From: Alphaproteobacteria bacterium
GTDB taxonomy: Bacteria > Pseudomonadota > Alphaproteobacteria > CAAGCB01 > CAG-977
DNA: 64,000 nucleotides
NCBI GenBank assembly: GCA_900768845.1
Contig: CAAGEK010000020.1
Span: forward strand, 14,011-78,010
Direction of reading: 5' to 3'
Shown piece by piece: positions 38,437 to 48,070 of the stretch. The notes below the pieces were generated by a model. It worked only from the letters and a program-made list of their open reading frames with translations, was not told the origin of the DNA and did not search any database. Each line of letters begins with the position of its first letter. Within the stretch, counting starts at the first letter, position 1. A program made the position numbers and the translations under genes.

Positions 38437-39699
38437 ATGAGAAGAGTCGTCGTTACAGGTATCGGAATGCTTTCGCCAATGGGGCGCGGCGTGGACGTAA
38501 CATGGCAGGGGATTATCAACGGGAAATCCGCCATTCGTCCCGTTGACCGTTATGACGTTTCACAGTCGACGGCAAAAATCGCCGGACAGGTTCCCTTTGG
38601 CAAAGGCATTGCCGGACTTTTCGATCCCGACGAAGTTTTGCCGCCCAAGGAACAACGCCGCGTTGATCCGTTCATTTTGTACGGCTTGTGCGCCGGAACG
38701 GACGCCGTTGAAGATTCGGGATGGAAACCGGAAACCGACGAAGACCGTTTCCGCACCGGCGTCATGATCGGCGCGGGCATCGGCGGTCTGACCTCCATTT
38801 CCGACAGCGCGGTTACGTTGAAAGAAGGCGGGCCGCGCAAAATCAGCCCCTTCTTCATTCCGTCCTGTCTGATCAACCTGATTTCCGGACAATTGTCGAT
38901 CAAGTACGGTTTTTACGGTCCGAACCATTCCGTCGTCACGGCTTGCGCGACGGGGACGCACGCCATCGGCGACGCCGCCCGCCTGATCATGTGGGGTGAC
39001 GCCGACGTTATGGTCGCCGGCGGCGCGGAAGCCGCGGTGCATCCGCTGGCCATGGCGGGATTCGCCCAAGCCAAGGCCTTGTCGACGCATTACAACGACA
39101 CTCCGGAAAAAGCGTCCCGCCCGTGGGACAAAGGTCATGACGGCTTTGTCATGGGCGAAGGTGCGGGCGTCGTCGTTTTGGAAGAATACGAACACGCCAA
39201 GGCACGCGGTGCGAAAATTTACGGCGAAGTCATCGGATACGGGTTATCCGGCGACGGATATCACGTCACGGCTCCGGCCGCAGACAGCCGCGGTTCCAAA
39301 CACGCGATGAAAATGGCGTTGAAAAACGCGCAAATCAATCCCGAAGAAATCGATTACATCAACGCGCACGGAACGTCCACGCCCGTCGGCGACGGACTGG
39401 AAGCCAACGCCGTCAAAGCGATTTTCGGCGATCACGCGTCGAAACTGGCCATGTCTTCAACGAAATCCAGCATCGGCCACCTGTTGGGTGCGGCCGGCGC
39501 GGTCGAAGCCATCTTTTGCATCAAAGCGTTGCAAGACGGTATCCTGCCTCCGACATTGAACTTGGAAGATCCCGTCGAAGAAGCCGCGGGTCTGGATTTG
39601 GTTCCCTTGAAGGCCAAAGAACGCAAGCTGAAAACCGTTATGTCCAATTCGTTCGGTTTCGGCGGAACGAACGCTTCTTTGATCCTCAGAGCCGTTTGA
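38437..39699 (+). CDS. fabF: 3-oxoacyl-ACP synthase II
   Basis: KAS II active-site context VVTACATG, HGTSTPVGD, 420 aa. Confidence 0.9.
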   Translation: MRRVVVTGIGMLSPMGRGVDVTWQGIINGKSAIRPVDRYDVSQSTAKIAGQVPFGKGIAGLFDPDEVLPPKEQRRVDPFILYGLCAGTDAVEDSGWKPETDEDRFRTGVMIGAGIGGLTSISDSAVTLKEGGPRKISPFFIPSCLINLISGQLSIKYGFYGPNHSVVTACATGTHAIGDAARLIMWGDADVMVAGGAEAAVHPLAMAGFAQAKALSTHYNDTPEKASRPWDKGHDGFVMGEGAGVVVLEEYEHAKARGAKIYGEVIGYGLSGDGYHVTAPAADSRGSKHAMKMALKNAQINPEEIDYINAHGTSTPVGDGLEANAVKAIFGDHASKLAMSSTKSSIGHLLGAAGAVEAIFCIKALQDGILPPTLNLEDPVEEAAGLDLVPLKAKERKLKTVMSNSFGFGGTNASLILRAV

Positions 39700-39709
39700 G
39701 GCTTCGGCA

Positions 39710-41242
39710 ATGGCCGGACGCCGCCCTGTTTTAACGCTTCTTCTGCTGTTGGCGATTTGCCTCAGCGGTGGAAGCGTTTTCAGTTTTTACGGTTTGTTGT
39801 ACGAGCAAAACAAAAAGCTGGAACCGACGGTTATTTTGGTCGAAAAAGGCGTTTCAATGGGTGAAATCGCCGGCCAGTTGAAAAAAGACGAGCTGATTAA
39901 AAGCGTTTCCGTTTTCAAGGTCGCCGCACGGCTGTCGGGGAAATCGACACGTCTGCGCGCCGGAGAATACCGGATTCCTCCGCGTGCCAGCACAAAAATG
40001 ATTTTGGACATTCTGGTCAACGGTCAAAACGTCGTCCGGCGCATAACCGTGCCCGAAGGAAAAACCAGCGCGCAAATATTCGATTTGCTGTTGCAAACGG
40101 CGGGACTGACGGGCGATTTGCCTCCCGTTCCGCCGAACGGTACGCTGTTACCCGAAACATACACTTTTTCTTACGGTGTTCCGCGCACGGTCATTTTGCA
40201 AAGAATGCGCGAAAGCATGACAAAAACCGTTGACGACCTGTGGCCGTACCGCGACCCCGACTTGCCTTATACGACAAAAAACGAAGCGTTGACGCTGGCT
40301 TCCATCGTCGAAAAGGAAACATCCGTTCCCGAAGAACGTCCCCGTATCGCCGGCGTTTTCATCAACAGGTTGAAACAGGGAATGCGTTTGCAAACGGATC
40401 CGACCGTCATTTACGCAATCACGGACGGCACGATGGATCTCAGCCGCCGCCTGACACACGCCGATTTGCGTGTCGACCACCCGTTCAACACCTATACGCG
40501 CAAAGGGTTGCCTCCCGCGCCGATCTGCAATCCGGGGAGGGATTCGATTCTAGCGGTTTTAAAGCCGGCGAAGACGGATGAAATCTATTTTGTCGCCGAC
40601 GGAACGGGCGGGCATACCTTTTCCAAAACCTTTGCCCAGCATAAACGCAACATCGCGGCATGGAAACGGGCGCGAAGGAAAAAACGTCTGGCTTTCAAAC
40701 AACAGGCAAACAAAAAAAACATATCCAAACCGTCTTTGAAAAAAGCTTCCGCTTCGCACCCCGCGCCGGCAAAAGGGCAAACGTCGCCGCAAAACGACAC
40801 GGTCGCCATAAACTCGATTGACGAAGCGACGGCCATCGCCCTTGATCCTTCGGAAGTTTCGGCGAATCTGATGGAAGACCTGATCAAAGACGATCCGGCG
40901 GAAAAGGCCGTTCCGGAAAAAGCGAAAAAAGAACGGAAAGCGAAACCTGAAAAAGCGACGGCAAAATCCAAACAGGAAACCAAACGGAAAGACGCCGTTT
41001 CCAAACCGGACGGAACCGCATCGAAACCGAAATCAAAAACCGAAGCGGCCGTGAAATCGAAGTCTGCGGCAAAAGCGGCGAAACCCGCAACAAAAGCCAA
41101 ACCCGTACCGGCGGAAAAGAAAGCGCAAAGTCCCGCCGCCGTGCCCCAAACGCCTGAAAATGCCGCGAAAAACAAACCGGCCGCCGCGAAAAAGCCTGCT
41201 TCCGCCCTGACAAAAGCCCCTCAAAAAGAAAAGCCTAATTGA
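39710..41242 (+). CDS. mltG: Endolytic murein transglycosylase MltG (YceG-like) with ~180-aa K/A/P-rich C-terminal tail
   Basis: TM anchor; YceG core (RAGEYRIPPRASTKMILDIL, TVPEGKTSAQIFDLL); C-terminal low-complexity KKASASHPAPAKGQ...AAKKPASALTKAPQKEKPN. Confidence 0.8.
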   Translation: MAGRRPVLTLLLLLAICLSGGSVFSFYGLLYEQNKKLEPTVILVEKGVSMGEIAGQLKKDELIKSVSVFKVAARLSGKSTRLRAGEYRIPPRASTKMILDILVNGQNVVRRITVPEGKTSAQIFDLLLQTAGLTGDLPPVPPNGTLLPETYTFSYGVPRTVILQRMRESMTKTVDDLWPYRDPDLPYTTKNEALTLASIVEKETSVPEERPRIAGVFINRLKQGMRLQTDPTVIYAITDGTMDLSRRLTHADLRVDHPFNTYTRKGLPPAPICNPGRDSILAVLKPAKTDEIYFVADGTGGHTFSKTFAQHKRNIAAWKRARRKKRLAFKQQANKKNISKPSLKKASASHPAPAKGQTSPQNDTVAINSIDEATAIALDPSEVSANLMEDLIKDDPAEKAVPEKAKKERKAKPEKATAKSKQETKRKDAVSKPDGTASKPKSKTEAAVKSKSAAKAAKPATKAKPVPAEKKAQSPAAVPQTPENAAKNKPAAAKKPASALTKAPQKEKPN

Positions 41243-41264
41243 TTTTTCGGGAGGTATTCCGGAT

Positions 41265-42002
41265 ATGCGCCTGTTTTCACTTTTTTTCAGCCTGCTGTTT
41301 GCCTCTCCCGTTTTCGCGGATTTTGACGCGGGATTAAAAGCCTATAAAAACGGCGATTACGAACAAGCGTTTAAAGAATGGCAGGTTTCCGCCGATTCGG
41401 GGGACTTGGCCTCTCAACGCAATCTGGGGCATTTATACCGTTTGGGCAAAGGCGTCCAACAGGATTTGACTCAGGCGGCTTTCTGGTATTACACCGCGGC
41501 GAAAGGCGGTTCCGATTCGGCTCAGTATAATTTGGGGGTTATGTACCTGCGCGGAGAAGGCATTCCCCGCAATGAAGAGGAAGGCGTTTTATGGTTGGAG
41601 CGCGCCGCCGAACAAAACAACACGAAGGCCGTGCAAAAACTGAAACATATGAAAACGGACGCCGGATACGAACCGCCCGATGAAGAAGAGTTGTTCCGAC
41701 CCGTCAAATCGCCGAAAAAACAGCCTTTGCCCGTTAAAATGACGACCGTTTCCAAAAAGGAACCGCCCCTTTATGCGCATTTGGCTTCTTATTTCGACCA
41801 ATCCGCTTTGGAAAAGGGATGGAACGAATTGAAAACGCTTCATCCGGATCTGGCACGCTTCAAAACGGTTGAAACGCGTGTCCGATTGCCGGAAAAGGGG
41901 CTTTACATCCGTTTGTACGTCAAAGGCAAACCGGACGAAATCCGCAAAATATGCGAAGAATTGAACGCCGCAAAGCAATATTGTCTGGTCAGTTATCCCT
42001 GA
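41265..42002 (+). CDS. Sel1-repeat protein with C-terminal SPOR-like domain
   Basis: Signal peptide; three Sel1-like repeats (AQYNLGVMYLRGEGIPRNEEEGVLWLERAAEQ); C-terminal YAHLASYFDQSALEKGWNELK...YIRLYVKG SPOR-like fold. Confidence 0.65.
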   Translation: MRLFSLFFSLLFASPVFADFDAGLKAYKNGDYEQAFKEWQVSADSGDLASQRNLGHLYRLGKGVQQDLTQAAFWYYTAAKGGSDSAQYNLGVMYLRGEGIPRNEEEGVLWLERAAEQNNTKAVQKLKHMKTDAGYEPPDEEELFRPVKSPKKQPLPVKMTTVSKKEPPLYAHLASYFDQSALEKGWNELKTLHPDLARFKTVETRVRLPEKGLYIRLYVKGKPDEIRKICEELNAAKQYCLVSYP

Positions 42003-42122
42003 AACCGCCGGAAGTGCTTTTTTCTGTTAAAACCCATTTGATTTTGGACATCTTGAAGAAGCAAAACATCAAGGAAAGGGCGGTCTCTGTAAGTGATGGA
42101 GATACGTCCTGAAAGCGTCTCT

Positions 42123-43008
42123 TTAACGGTGCATTTTTGGACGGCGGGGGGCGCGTTCGGACATGGGGGTGATTTGATAGTTTTTTCCTTTGTAGCAAAC
42201 CGTCCGGTCATTGTTGATTTTGCGTTGAACTTCCACGAAGCAGACATCGTCGATATCGTTGACCCATTCCGGCAAAGACGTATGATCGTCGCCGTTTTTA
42301 GCGGGTCTTGAGAACTTTTTGTTATGAGCGACCCCATACTGTTCAAGGTATTTGTTTGCGCTTTCCATATCCTGCACACCGTCAAGTTTCATGAGCGGAA
42401 CAAGGCGTCTTTGATGAACGCCGTTGTATCGTTCGACACGTCCCTTGGCTTGAGGGGAACGAGCCGGAATGACACGTATTCCCAAGATTTCACACATCAT
42501 CGTAAAAAAGTTCCGCTCTTTATCGGGATCAAGATGATACATATTGCGCCCGTCCGCATAAAAAGCTCTTGGAACGCCGTACTCTTGAAACCAACTCCAT
42601 TGCGGATACGATGGTTTCTTCGCGTTCAAAATGAAGTCGGGGAATGCTTGCGGCATCGTCAACGATGTTCATCAAACACGTTCTTTCCTGTCCGAACCAA
42701 ATATCGAAAGAGCCGCCGATTTGGAGCGGATCTCCAAAGCAAGACGAACATTCGCGGCGCATCCGTTTCTTTTTGGGATGATATTTATGAGGACGTTTCA
42801 GTCAACGCCGCAACGTTTCTTTGGGAACGGATATGCCCTCCCGTTCTTTCAACAACTCACACAAATGAGAGATGCCGAAAGCCGGATGTTTTTCTTGCGC
42901 CATACGGAGGATCTCCTGCTTGTCGGGACGGAACGGACGATTGCTTTTGCCTGTGTTCCCGTGCATCAGCGTTCCTTGCGTCGCAAGCTTTTTTAATCGA
43001 TACGCCAT
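42123..43008 (-). mobile_element. Degraded IS transposase (DDE/rve integrase-core type, IS481/ISNCY-like); HTH fragment and C-terminal core lie in different frames, no intact gene
   Basis: 42802-43008 (minus) encodes an HTH-like N-terminus (HLCELLKEREGISVPKETLRR). 42123-42662 (minus) encodes the rve C-terminal part (ARSPQAKGRVERYNGVHQRRLV). The pieces are not in one frame and the upstream catalytic part is missing. Confidence 0.55.
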
Positions 43009-43232
43009 GGTGCTTGACGCAATTTTGAGTATTCGGACTGCAAACGGTTTTTTCCTGTCCGAAATTTAATGAGGCAACACAAAGTGCTTTTTTGCCTTGC
43101 AAAATACTTCACGCCGCTGTATATTTCAGCTTCCGTTCACTCCTTGCCGGCCGACGGACCGGCTATACCCAGGCAATCCCCATGGGGGGGATTTGCGGAT
43201 GGGGGTTGAGATAATCCGTAAGGAGATTATTT

Positions 43233-43631
43233 ATGGCTTTGTATGAAAGCGTGTTCATTGCACGCCAAGATATTGCCGCTTCTCAGGTTGACGCTTTGAT
43301 CGAACGCTTTGAAGGCGTTATCAGCGCAAAAGGCGGCAAAGTAACAAAAAAGGAAAACTGGGGTCTGCGCACCTTGGCTTACCGTATGAACAAAAACCGC
43401 AAAGGTCACTATGTTCTGTTCAACATCGACGCTCCCGCGGAAGCGTTGATCGAAATGGAACGCCAAATGCGTTTGGACGAAGACGTCATCCGTTACCTGT
43501 CCGTTCGCGTTGAAGAATTGGAAGAAGGCCCTTCCGCCGTTCTGGTCAACAAAGGCAAAGAAACGAAAGGCCGCGCTCCGAAGAAATTTGACGGTAAATT
43601 TGATTCTGAAGAAGAAAGCGAGGAATTCTAA
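43233..43631 (+). CDS. rpsF: 30S ribosomal protein S6
   Basis: [13 protein letters not shown]... with acidic C-terminal tail. Confidence 0.9.
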   Translation: MALYESVFIARQDIAASQVDALIERFEGVISAKGGKVTKKENWGLRTLAYRMNKNRKGHYVLFNIDAPAEALIEMERQMRLDEDVIRYLSVRVEELEEGPSAVLVNKGKETKGRAPKKFDGKFDSEEESEEF

Positions 43632-43867
43632 TGGTTGCTGTAACCCGTCGTCCTTTTTTCCGTCGCCGCAAGGCTTGCCCGTTTGCGTCGAAGGATGCTC
43701 CGAAAATCGATTATAAAGACATCAAGCTGTTGCAGCGTTTCATTTCCGAACGCGGCAAAATCGTTCCCAGCCGCATCACCGCCGTTTCCGCAAAGAAACA
43801 GCGCGAGCTGGCAAAGGCTATCAAGCGCGCCCGTTTTCTGGGCTTGTTGCCTTATGTTATGGACTGA
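43631..43867 (+). CDS. rpsR: 30S ribosomal protein S18
   Basis: [34 protein letters not shown] typical S18. Start overlaps the rpsF stop. Confidence 0.9.
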   Translation: MVAVTRRPFFRRRKACPFASKDAPKIDYKDIKLLQRFISERGKIVPSRITAVSAKKQRELAKAIKRARFLGLLPYVMD

Positions 43868-43907
43868 TCCTTTTTGATCGTCGAAAAAAAGACTTAGGAG
43901 AAATAAT

Positions 43908-44450
43908 ATGGAAGTCATTTTACTGGAGCGCATCGAAAAGCTCGGTCAAATGGGCGACATCGTCAAAGTGAAGCCCGGTTTTGCCCGCAACTATTTGCTG
44001 CCTCAGGCGAAAGCCCTGCGTTCCAACAAACAGAATCTGGCTATTTTTGAAGCTCAGAAAGTTCAGTTGGAAGCCGCCAACCTGAAGCGTAAACAGGAAG
44101 CAGAACAGGTTGCCGAAAAAATGGCCGATTTGAAATTGGTCATCGTGCGTCAAGCCGCCGAAACCGGACAGTTGTACGGTTCCGTTACCGGCCGCGACAT
44201 TCGCGACGCCGTCCGTGAAGCCGGATTCAACGTTGAACGCCGCCAGATCGTTTTGGATCAGCCGCTCAAAGAAATCGGCGTTTACAGCGTCCGCGTCATT
44301 TTGCACCCCGACGTCAGCCAGATGATCGGCGTGACGGTTGCGCGTTCGCAGGAAGAAGCCGAACGCAACGCGAAGATGGCTGAAAAAGCGGCCGCCAAAG
44401 CCGCCGCCGAAGTCGTCGTCGAAGAAACTGTTGAAATCGCCGCCGTTTAA
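43908..44450 (+). CDS. rplI: 50S ribosomal protein L9
   Basis: [33 protein letters not shown] typical L9 with A/E-rich C-terminal extension. Confidence 0.9.
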   Translation: MEVILLERIEKLGQMGDIVKVKPGFARNYLLPQAKALRSNKQNLAIFEAQKVQLEAANLKRKQEAEQVAEKMADLKLVIVRQAAETGQLYGSVTGRDIRDAVREAGFNVERRQIVLDQPLKEIGVYSVRVILHPDVSQMIGVTVARSQEEAERNAKMAEKAAAKAAAEVVVEETVEIAAV

Positions 44451-44471
44451 ATCGAACGGTGAAAAAAATCA

Positions 44472-44502
44472 GGCGGGAACGTTTGTCGTTTCCGCCTTTT
44501 TT
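44472..44502 (+). terminator. Rho-independent terminator after rplI
   Basis: GGCGGGAACGTTTGTCGTTTCCGCC hairpin followed by TTTTTT. Confidence 0.7.
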
Positions 44503-44800
44503 GTGACAAGGTTCGCGGGAAAGGCGGTATCCCCTTTTTTGCGGCAACGTTTGCGGGGAAATGCGGAGTCCCCTTTTTTTGCGGCAACGTTTGCGGGAAA
44601 ATACGGAGTGCCGTTCCTTTTTGTGGCAAAGTTCACGGGAGGATGTTTTTCCGGAGAGAACCGAAAGGCGGATTTCTTGCGGCGGAGAAACTGCGGCTTA
44701 ACAAAACGGGGATTTTTTTGCGGAAAAGTAACGGCGAATGATGCATTTCCTTCGTCGCGGCACGGATAAAGATTTTCTGCGGCGGAGGTATCGGCGAATT
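44497..44800. repeat. Array of degenerate ~39-bp direct repeats (TTTTTTGCGGCAACGTTTGCGGGAAA-GCGGAGTCCCC) in the 638-bp rplI-dnaB intergenic region
   Basis: Three good copies at 44497-44534, 44535-44573 and 44574-44617. Further TTTT(C)TGCGG-containing degenerate copies continue to about 44800. Confidence 0.7.
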
Positions 44801-45088
44801 GTTACGACAGGGGGTTCCTTGAGAGTCTTTTCTGACCGGAACGAAAACGCGACTCTTTTTATGGAGAAAAACTCAGCGGTTTTCTTTGCGGAAAAACACC
44901 TGAACCGGCAACATCGTTTCCGCTTTTCAAACATCTTTCCAAAGCCGTTTGCCGGCCGCTCCGCAAATCCCTTTCACGCCCCCTTCATCCGCCGGCCGCC
45001 GCGCCGCCTTCCCCCAAAGAGTTTGACTCACTTCCGCCTTTTTTCTATGATGTCCGCCTGAACCGATGAATTTTAAGGACAAAATCTG

Positions 45089-46570
45089 ATGGAAAACGCC
45101 GAAGGAACTATCGTACGCATCCCTCCTCAAAGCATTGAGGCGGAACAAGCTTTGCTGGGCGCGATTCTGTCAAACAACCACGCTTTGGAAAAAGTGTCTG
45201 AATTTTTGCGTCCTTTCCATTTCGCCAGCCCCGTACACGCGAAAATATACGAAGCAATCATGATTTTGCATTCACGGGGTCATTCCGCAGACCCCGTCAC
45301 ACTACGCGGTTATCTGTCGACCGACGGCGTTTTGGATGAAGTCGGCGGTATTAAATACCTGATGGATCTGGTCGGTGCTTCAGTAACGATCATTAACGCC
45401 GAAGATTACGCCCGTCTGATTTTCGACCGGTATTTGCGTCGCCAGCTCATCGCTTTGGGCAACGATATTGTAAACGACGCTTTCGCCGTTTCCCTGAACG
45501 AAGACGCGGGGAAACAAATGGAAATCGCGGAAAAAAAGCTTTACGAGCTGGGAACGGAAGGACAGCTGGAAGGAGGCCCGAAACCGTTTTCCGAACCGCT
45601 GACGGAAGTCATCAATCAAGTCGCCGAAGCCAAAAAAAATCCCGACGGCATTGCCGGTGCGACAACGGGATTCCGTGATTTGGACACGGTTATGGGCGGG
45701 TTGCACCGTTCCGACCTGATTATTTTGGCCGGCCGTCCCGCAATGGGCAAAACGGCGTTTGCAACCTGTCTGGCTTTTAACACCGCCCGCCATTTTCTGG
45801 AAGAAGCCGAAGCGGGAAAAGAACGCAAAGGCGTCGCCTTTTTCTCGTTGGAAATGTCGGCTTCGCAACTGGCCGCCCGCATCCTGTCAACGGAAACGCA
45901 GACGTCTTCGCACAACTTGCGAAACGGCAAAATCACGACCGATGAATTCCGGCGCATCGTCGGATTTGCTTCAGAGTTGGAAAAAGTCCCCTTGTACGTC
46001 GACGATTCTCCGGGGTTGACCATCGGAGCCATTCATAACCGCGCCCGCCGTTTAAAACGCGACAGGACGAAGGGGTTGGGGCTGATCGTCATCGACTATT
46101 TGCAACTGATTGACGATTCCGACAGCCGGCGGCAGGAAAACCGCGTTCAAGCCCTGTCGGAAATCACGCGCCGTTTGAAAATCATGGCCAAAGAGCTTGA
46201 CGTTCCCGTCCTTGTCTTATCTCAATTGAGCCGTCAGGTTGAACAACGCGAAGACAAACGACCGCTTTTGTCGGATTTGCGCGAATCCGGTTCTATCGAA
46301 CAAGACGCGGATATTGTCATGTTCATTTTCCGCGAGATTTATTATTTGGAAAAAGAACAACCCATCCCGAGGCAAGGCGAAACCGATGAAAAATTCAACG
46401 CCCGCGTTTTAAAATGGGAAGACCACAAGCTGGCCGTTCAGAAAAAAGCCGAACTGATTATCGCAAAACAGCGTCACGGACCGACGGCCACCGTGCCCTT
46501 GTTCTTTGAAAGCGAATTTACGCGCTTCGGAAACTGGGCGGAAACAGGGGATTTCACTCCTTCCGAATAA
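45089..46570 (+). CDS. dnaB: Replicative DNA helicase DnaB
   Basis: N-terminal IPPQSIEAEQALLGAIL, Walker A GRPAMGKTAF, 493 aa. Confidence 0.9.
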   Translation: MENAEGTIVRIPPQSIEAEQALLGAILSNNHALEKVSEFLRPFHFASPVHAKIYEAIMILHSRGHSADPVTLRGYLSTDGVLDEVGGIKYLMDLVGASVTIINAEDYARLIFDRYLRRQLIALGNDIVNDAFAVSLNEDAGKQMEIAEKKLYELGTEGQLEGGPKPFSEPLTEVINQVAEAKKNPDGIAGATTGFRDLDTVMGGLHRSDLIILAGRPAMGKTAFATCLAFNTARHFLEEAEAGKERKGVAFFSLEMSASQLAARILSTETQTSSHNLRNGKITTDEFRRIVGFASELEKVPLYVDDSPGLTIGAIHNRARRLKRDRTKGLGLIVIDYLQLIDDSDSRRQENRVQALSEITRRLKIMAKELDVPVLVLSQLSRQVEQREDKRPLLSDLRESGSIEQDADIVMFIFREIYYLEKEQPIPRQGETDEKFNARVLKWEDHKLAVQKKAELIIAKQRHGPTATVPLFFESEFTRFGNWAETGDFTPSE

Positions 46571-47771
46571 TCATGGATTCGGCCAGCTCCCTCAATTCCC
46601 GACGGGTCGTCCGGCCGTTTTTCAAAAGCCAGTATTCTTTGAGAGCCCTGAGAATTTCCCCCGTCCGTTTTCCGTCAACACCTTTCGCCGTCAGAAAACC
46701 GCCCGAAAAATCGAAGGGTTTTACCGATATGGCGGCGGCGCGTTCTCCCAAACGTTGCCAAGCGGGATTGCGTTCTTTGGCGGCGAACAGGCTTCCCGCC
46801 GTTTTTGCATCATCGCCGTAACAATCCCTGAACCGGAACGCATCGTTTTCGGAAAAACCGGCGCGGCAAAAAGCAATCGGTTTTTGCATCAGCGACAAAA
46901 GCCTGTTTTCATCCTGTTTTGAAAGCTTCCAACGCCGGCAAAAATCCGATAAAACCCGTTTATCGGCAGGCAACAGCGAGAACAAGCGGAAAATCAGCGG
47001 CGCACAAGGTGCAAGACGCGTAAACTCTTCAAAAGTCCGCACGTCCGGCGCAACGGGAAAAAGAAAATCGAACAAACCCGCTTTTTGCGCCGGATACAAA
47101 GCTTTTGCCGCGTCTTTGAGTTCCAAAATTCCGAAAAACTCCTTTTTCAGCCTTTCGGTCGACAGCTTTGCCAACCCTTCCATCCCTTTTCGACACGCGT
47201 CAAGGGCTTCTTCATCGGGCGGGCACTTTCCAAAGCGGGCATAAAACCTGAAATACCTTAAAATGCGCAGGTAATCTTCGCGAATCCGGTCTTCGGCATT
47301 GCCGATAAAGCGGACAACCCCGTTTTTTAAATCTTCAATACCGTTGAAATAGTCGAAAACCGTCCCGTCAAAATCTGCATAAAGCGCGTTTATCGTTAAA
47401 TCGCGGCGGGCGGCGTCTTCTTTCCAATCGTCCGTAAAAGCAACGATAGCGTGACGGCCGTCGGTTTCAAGGTCTTTGCGCAAAGTCGTGACTTCAACCT
47501 TTTCAAAACCGCAACAATCCAGCAAAACCGTTTGAGTCCCGTACTTCACCCCCGTCGGAATCACGGGAAAATAAGGCTTCAGCCGCTCTTTAACCTCTTC
47601 GGGGGAAAACGGGACGGCCATATCGATATCGTGAACGGGCAGACCGGCCAAAACATCCCTGACGCAACCGCCGACAAAGCGAACCCGACCGTCCAAAGCG
47701 TCGCAAAGGCGTTTCAATTGATCCGACCCGATCCAAAACGGATGATCAATCCGCATTGCGCCCGCTTTCAA
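46554..47771 (-). CDS. cca: CCA tRNA nucleotidyltransferase / poly(A) polymerase-family protein
   Basis: Pol-beta-like head GGCVRDVLAGLPVHDIDMAV... 405 aa. 3' end overlaps the dnaB 3' end by 17 nt (convergent). Confidence 0.75.
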   Translation of the reverse strand: MKAGAMRIDHPFWIGSDQLKRLCDALDGRVRFVGGCVRDVLAGLPVHDIDMAVPFSPEEVKERLKPYFPVIPTGVKYGTQTVLLDCCGFEKVEVTTLRKDLETDGRHAIVAFTDDWKEDAARRDLTINALYADFDGTVFDYFNGIEDLKNGVVRFIGNAEDRIREDYLRILRYFRFYARFGKCPPDEEALDACRKGMEGLAKLSTERLKKEFFGILELKDAAKALYPAQKAGLFDFLFPVAPDVRTFEEFTRLAPCAPLIFRLFSLLPADKRVLSDFCRRWKLSKQDENRLLSLMQKPIAFCRAGFSENDAFRFRDCYGDDAKTAGSLFAAKERNPAWQRLGERAAAISVKPFDFSGGFLTAKGVDGKRTGEILRALKEYWLLKNGRTTRRELRELAESMIIRKE

Positions 47772-48009
47772 AATGAGCGGGAATCAGTCGCCCGTCCCGA
47801 TAACGCGCCGGCGTATAAACGCTGTCGGCCGGAGCGCGGTCGTAAACCGCCAAAACAGCCCAAACCGCGCCCGCCAAAACAATTCCGGTCAGCAACAACT
47901 TTTCCCGCGGCGGATTTTGCGCCGAAACTCCTGAAATGCGGCATTTCAAACGGTACGCGGCAAACGGCGCAAACAACAAAGCGAAAAAACAAACAAAATA
48001 TCTCAGCAT
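47746..48009 (-). CDS. Small hypothetical membrane protein (two TM segments)
   Basis: MLRYFVCFFALLFAPFAAY and LLTGIVLAGAVWAVLAV hydrophobic segments. Positioned upstream of cca. Confidence 0.35.
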   Translation of the reverse strand: MLRYFVCFFALLFAPFAAYRLKCRISGVSAQNPPREKLLLTGIVLAGAVWAVLAVYDRAPADSVYTPARYRDGRLIPAHFESGRNAD

Positions 48010-48070
48010 AAAACACCGCCCGTCGATTTTTTATCAGGATACCCGCCGCCGCCGTTCAAACGCAAGGGTT

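Noticed and set aside
42324-43028. 234-aa + strand ORF across the IS remnant
   Set aside because: It is antisense to the transposase-derived minus-strand fragments, its translation has no family resemblance, and it is probably a chance open frame in decayed DNA.
44338-45061. ORFs 44338-44769 and 44738-45061 in the rplI-dnaB spacer
   Set aside because: They translate the degenerate direct repeats into reiterated peptide motifs. There is no RBS or start context, so the region is treated as non-coding repeat DNA.
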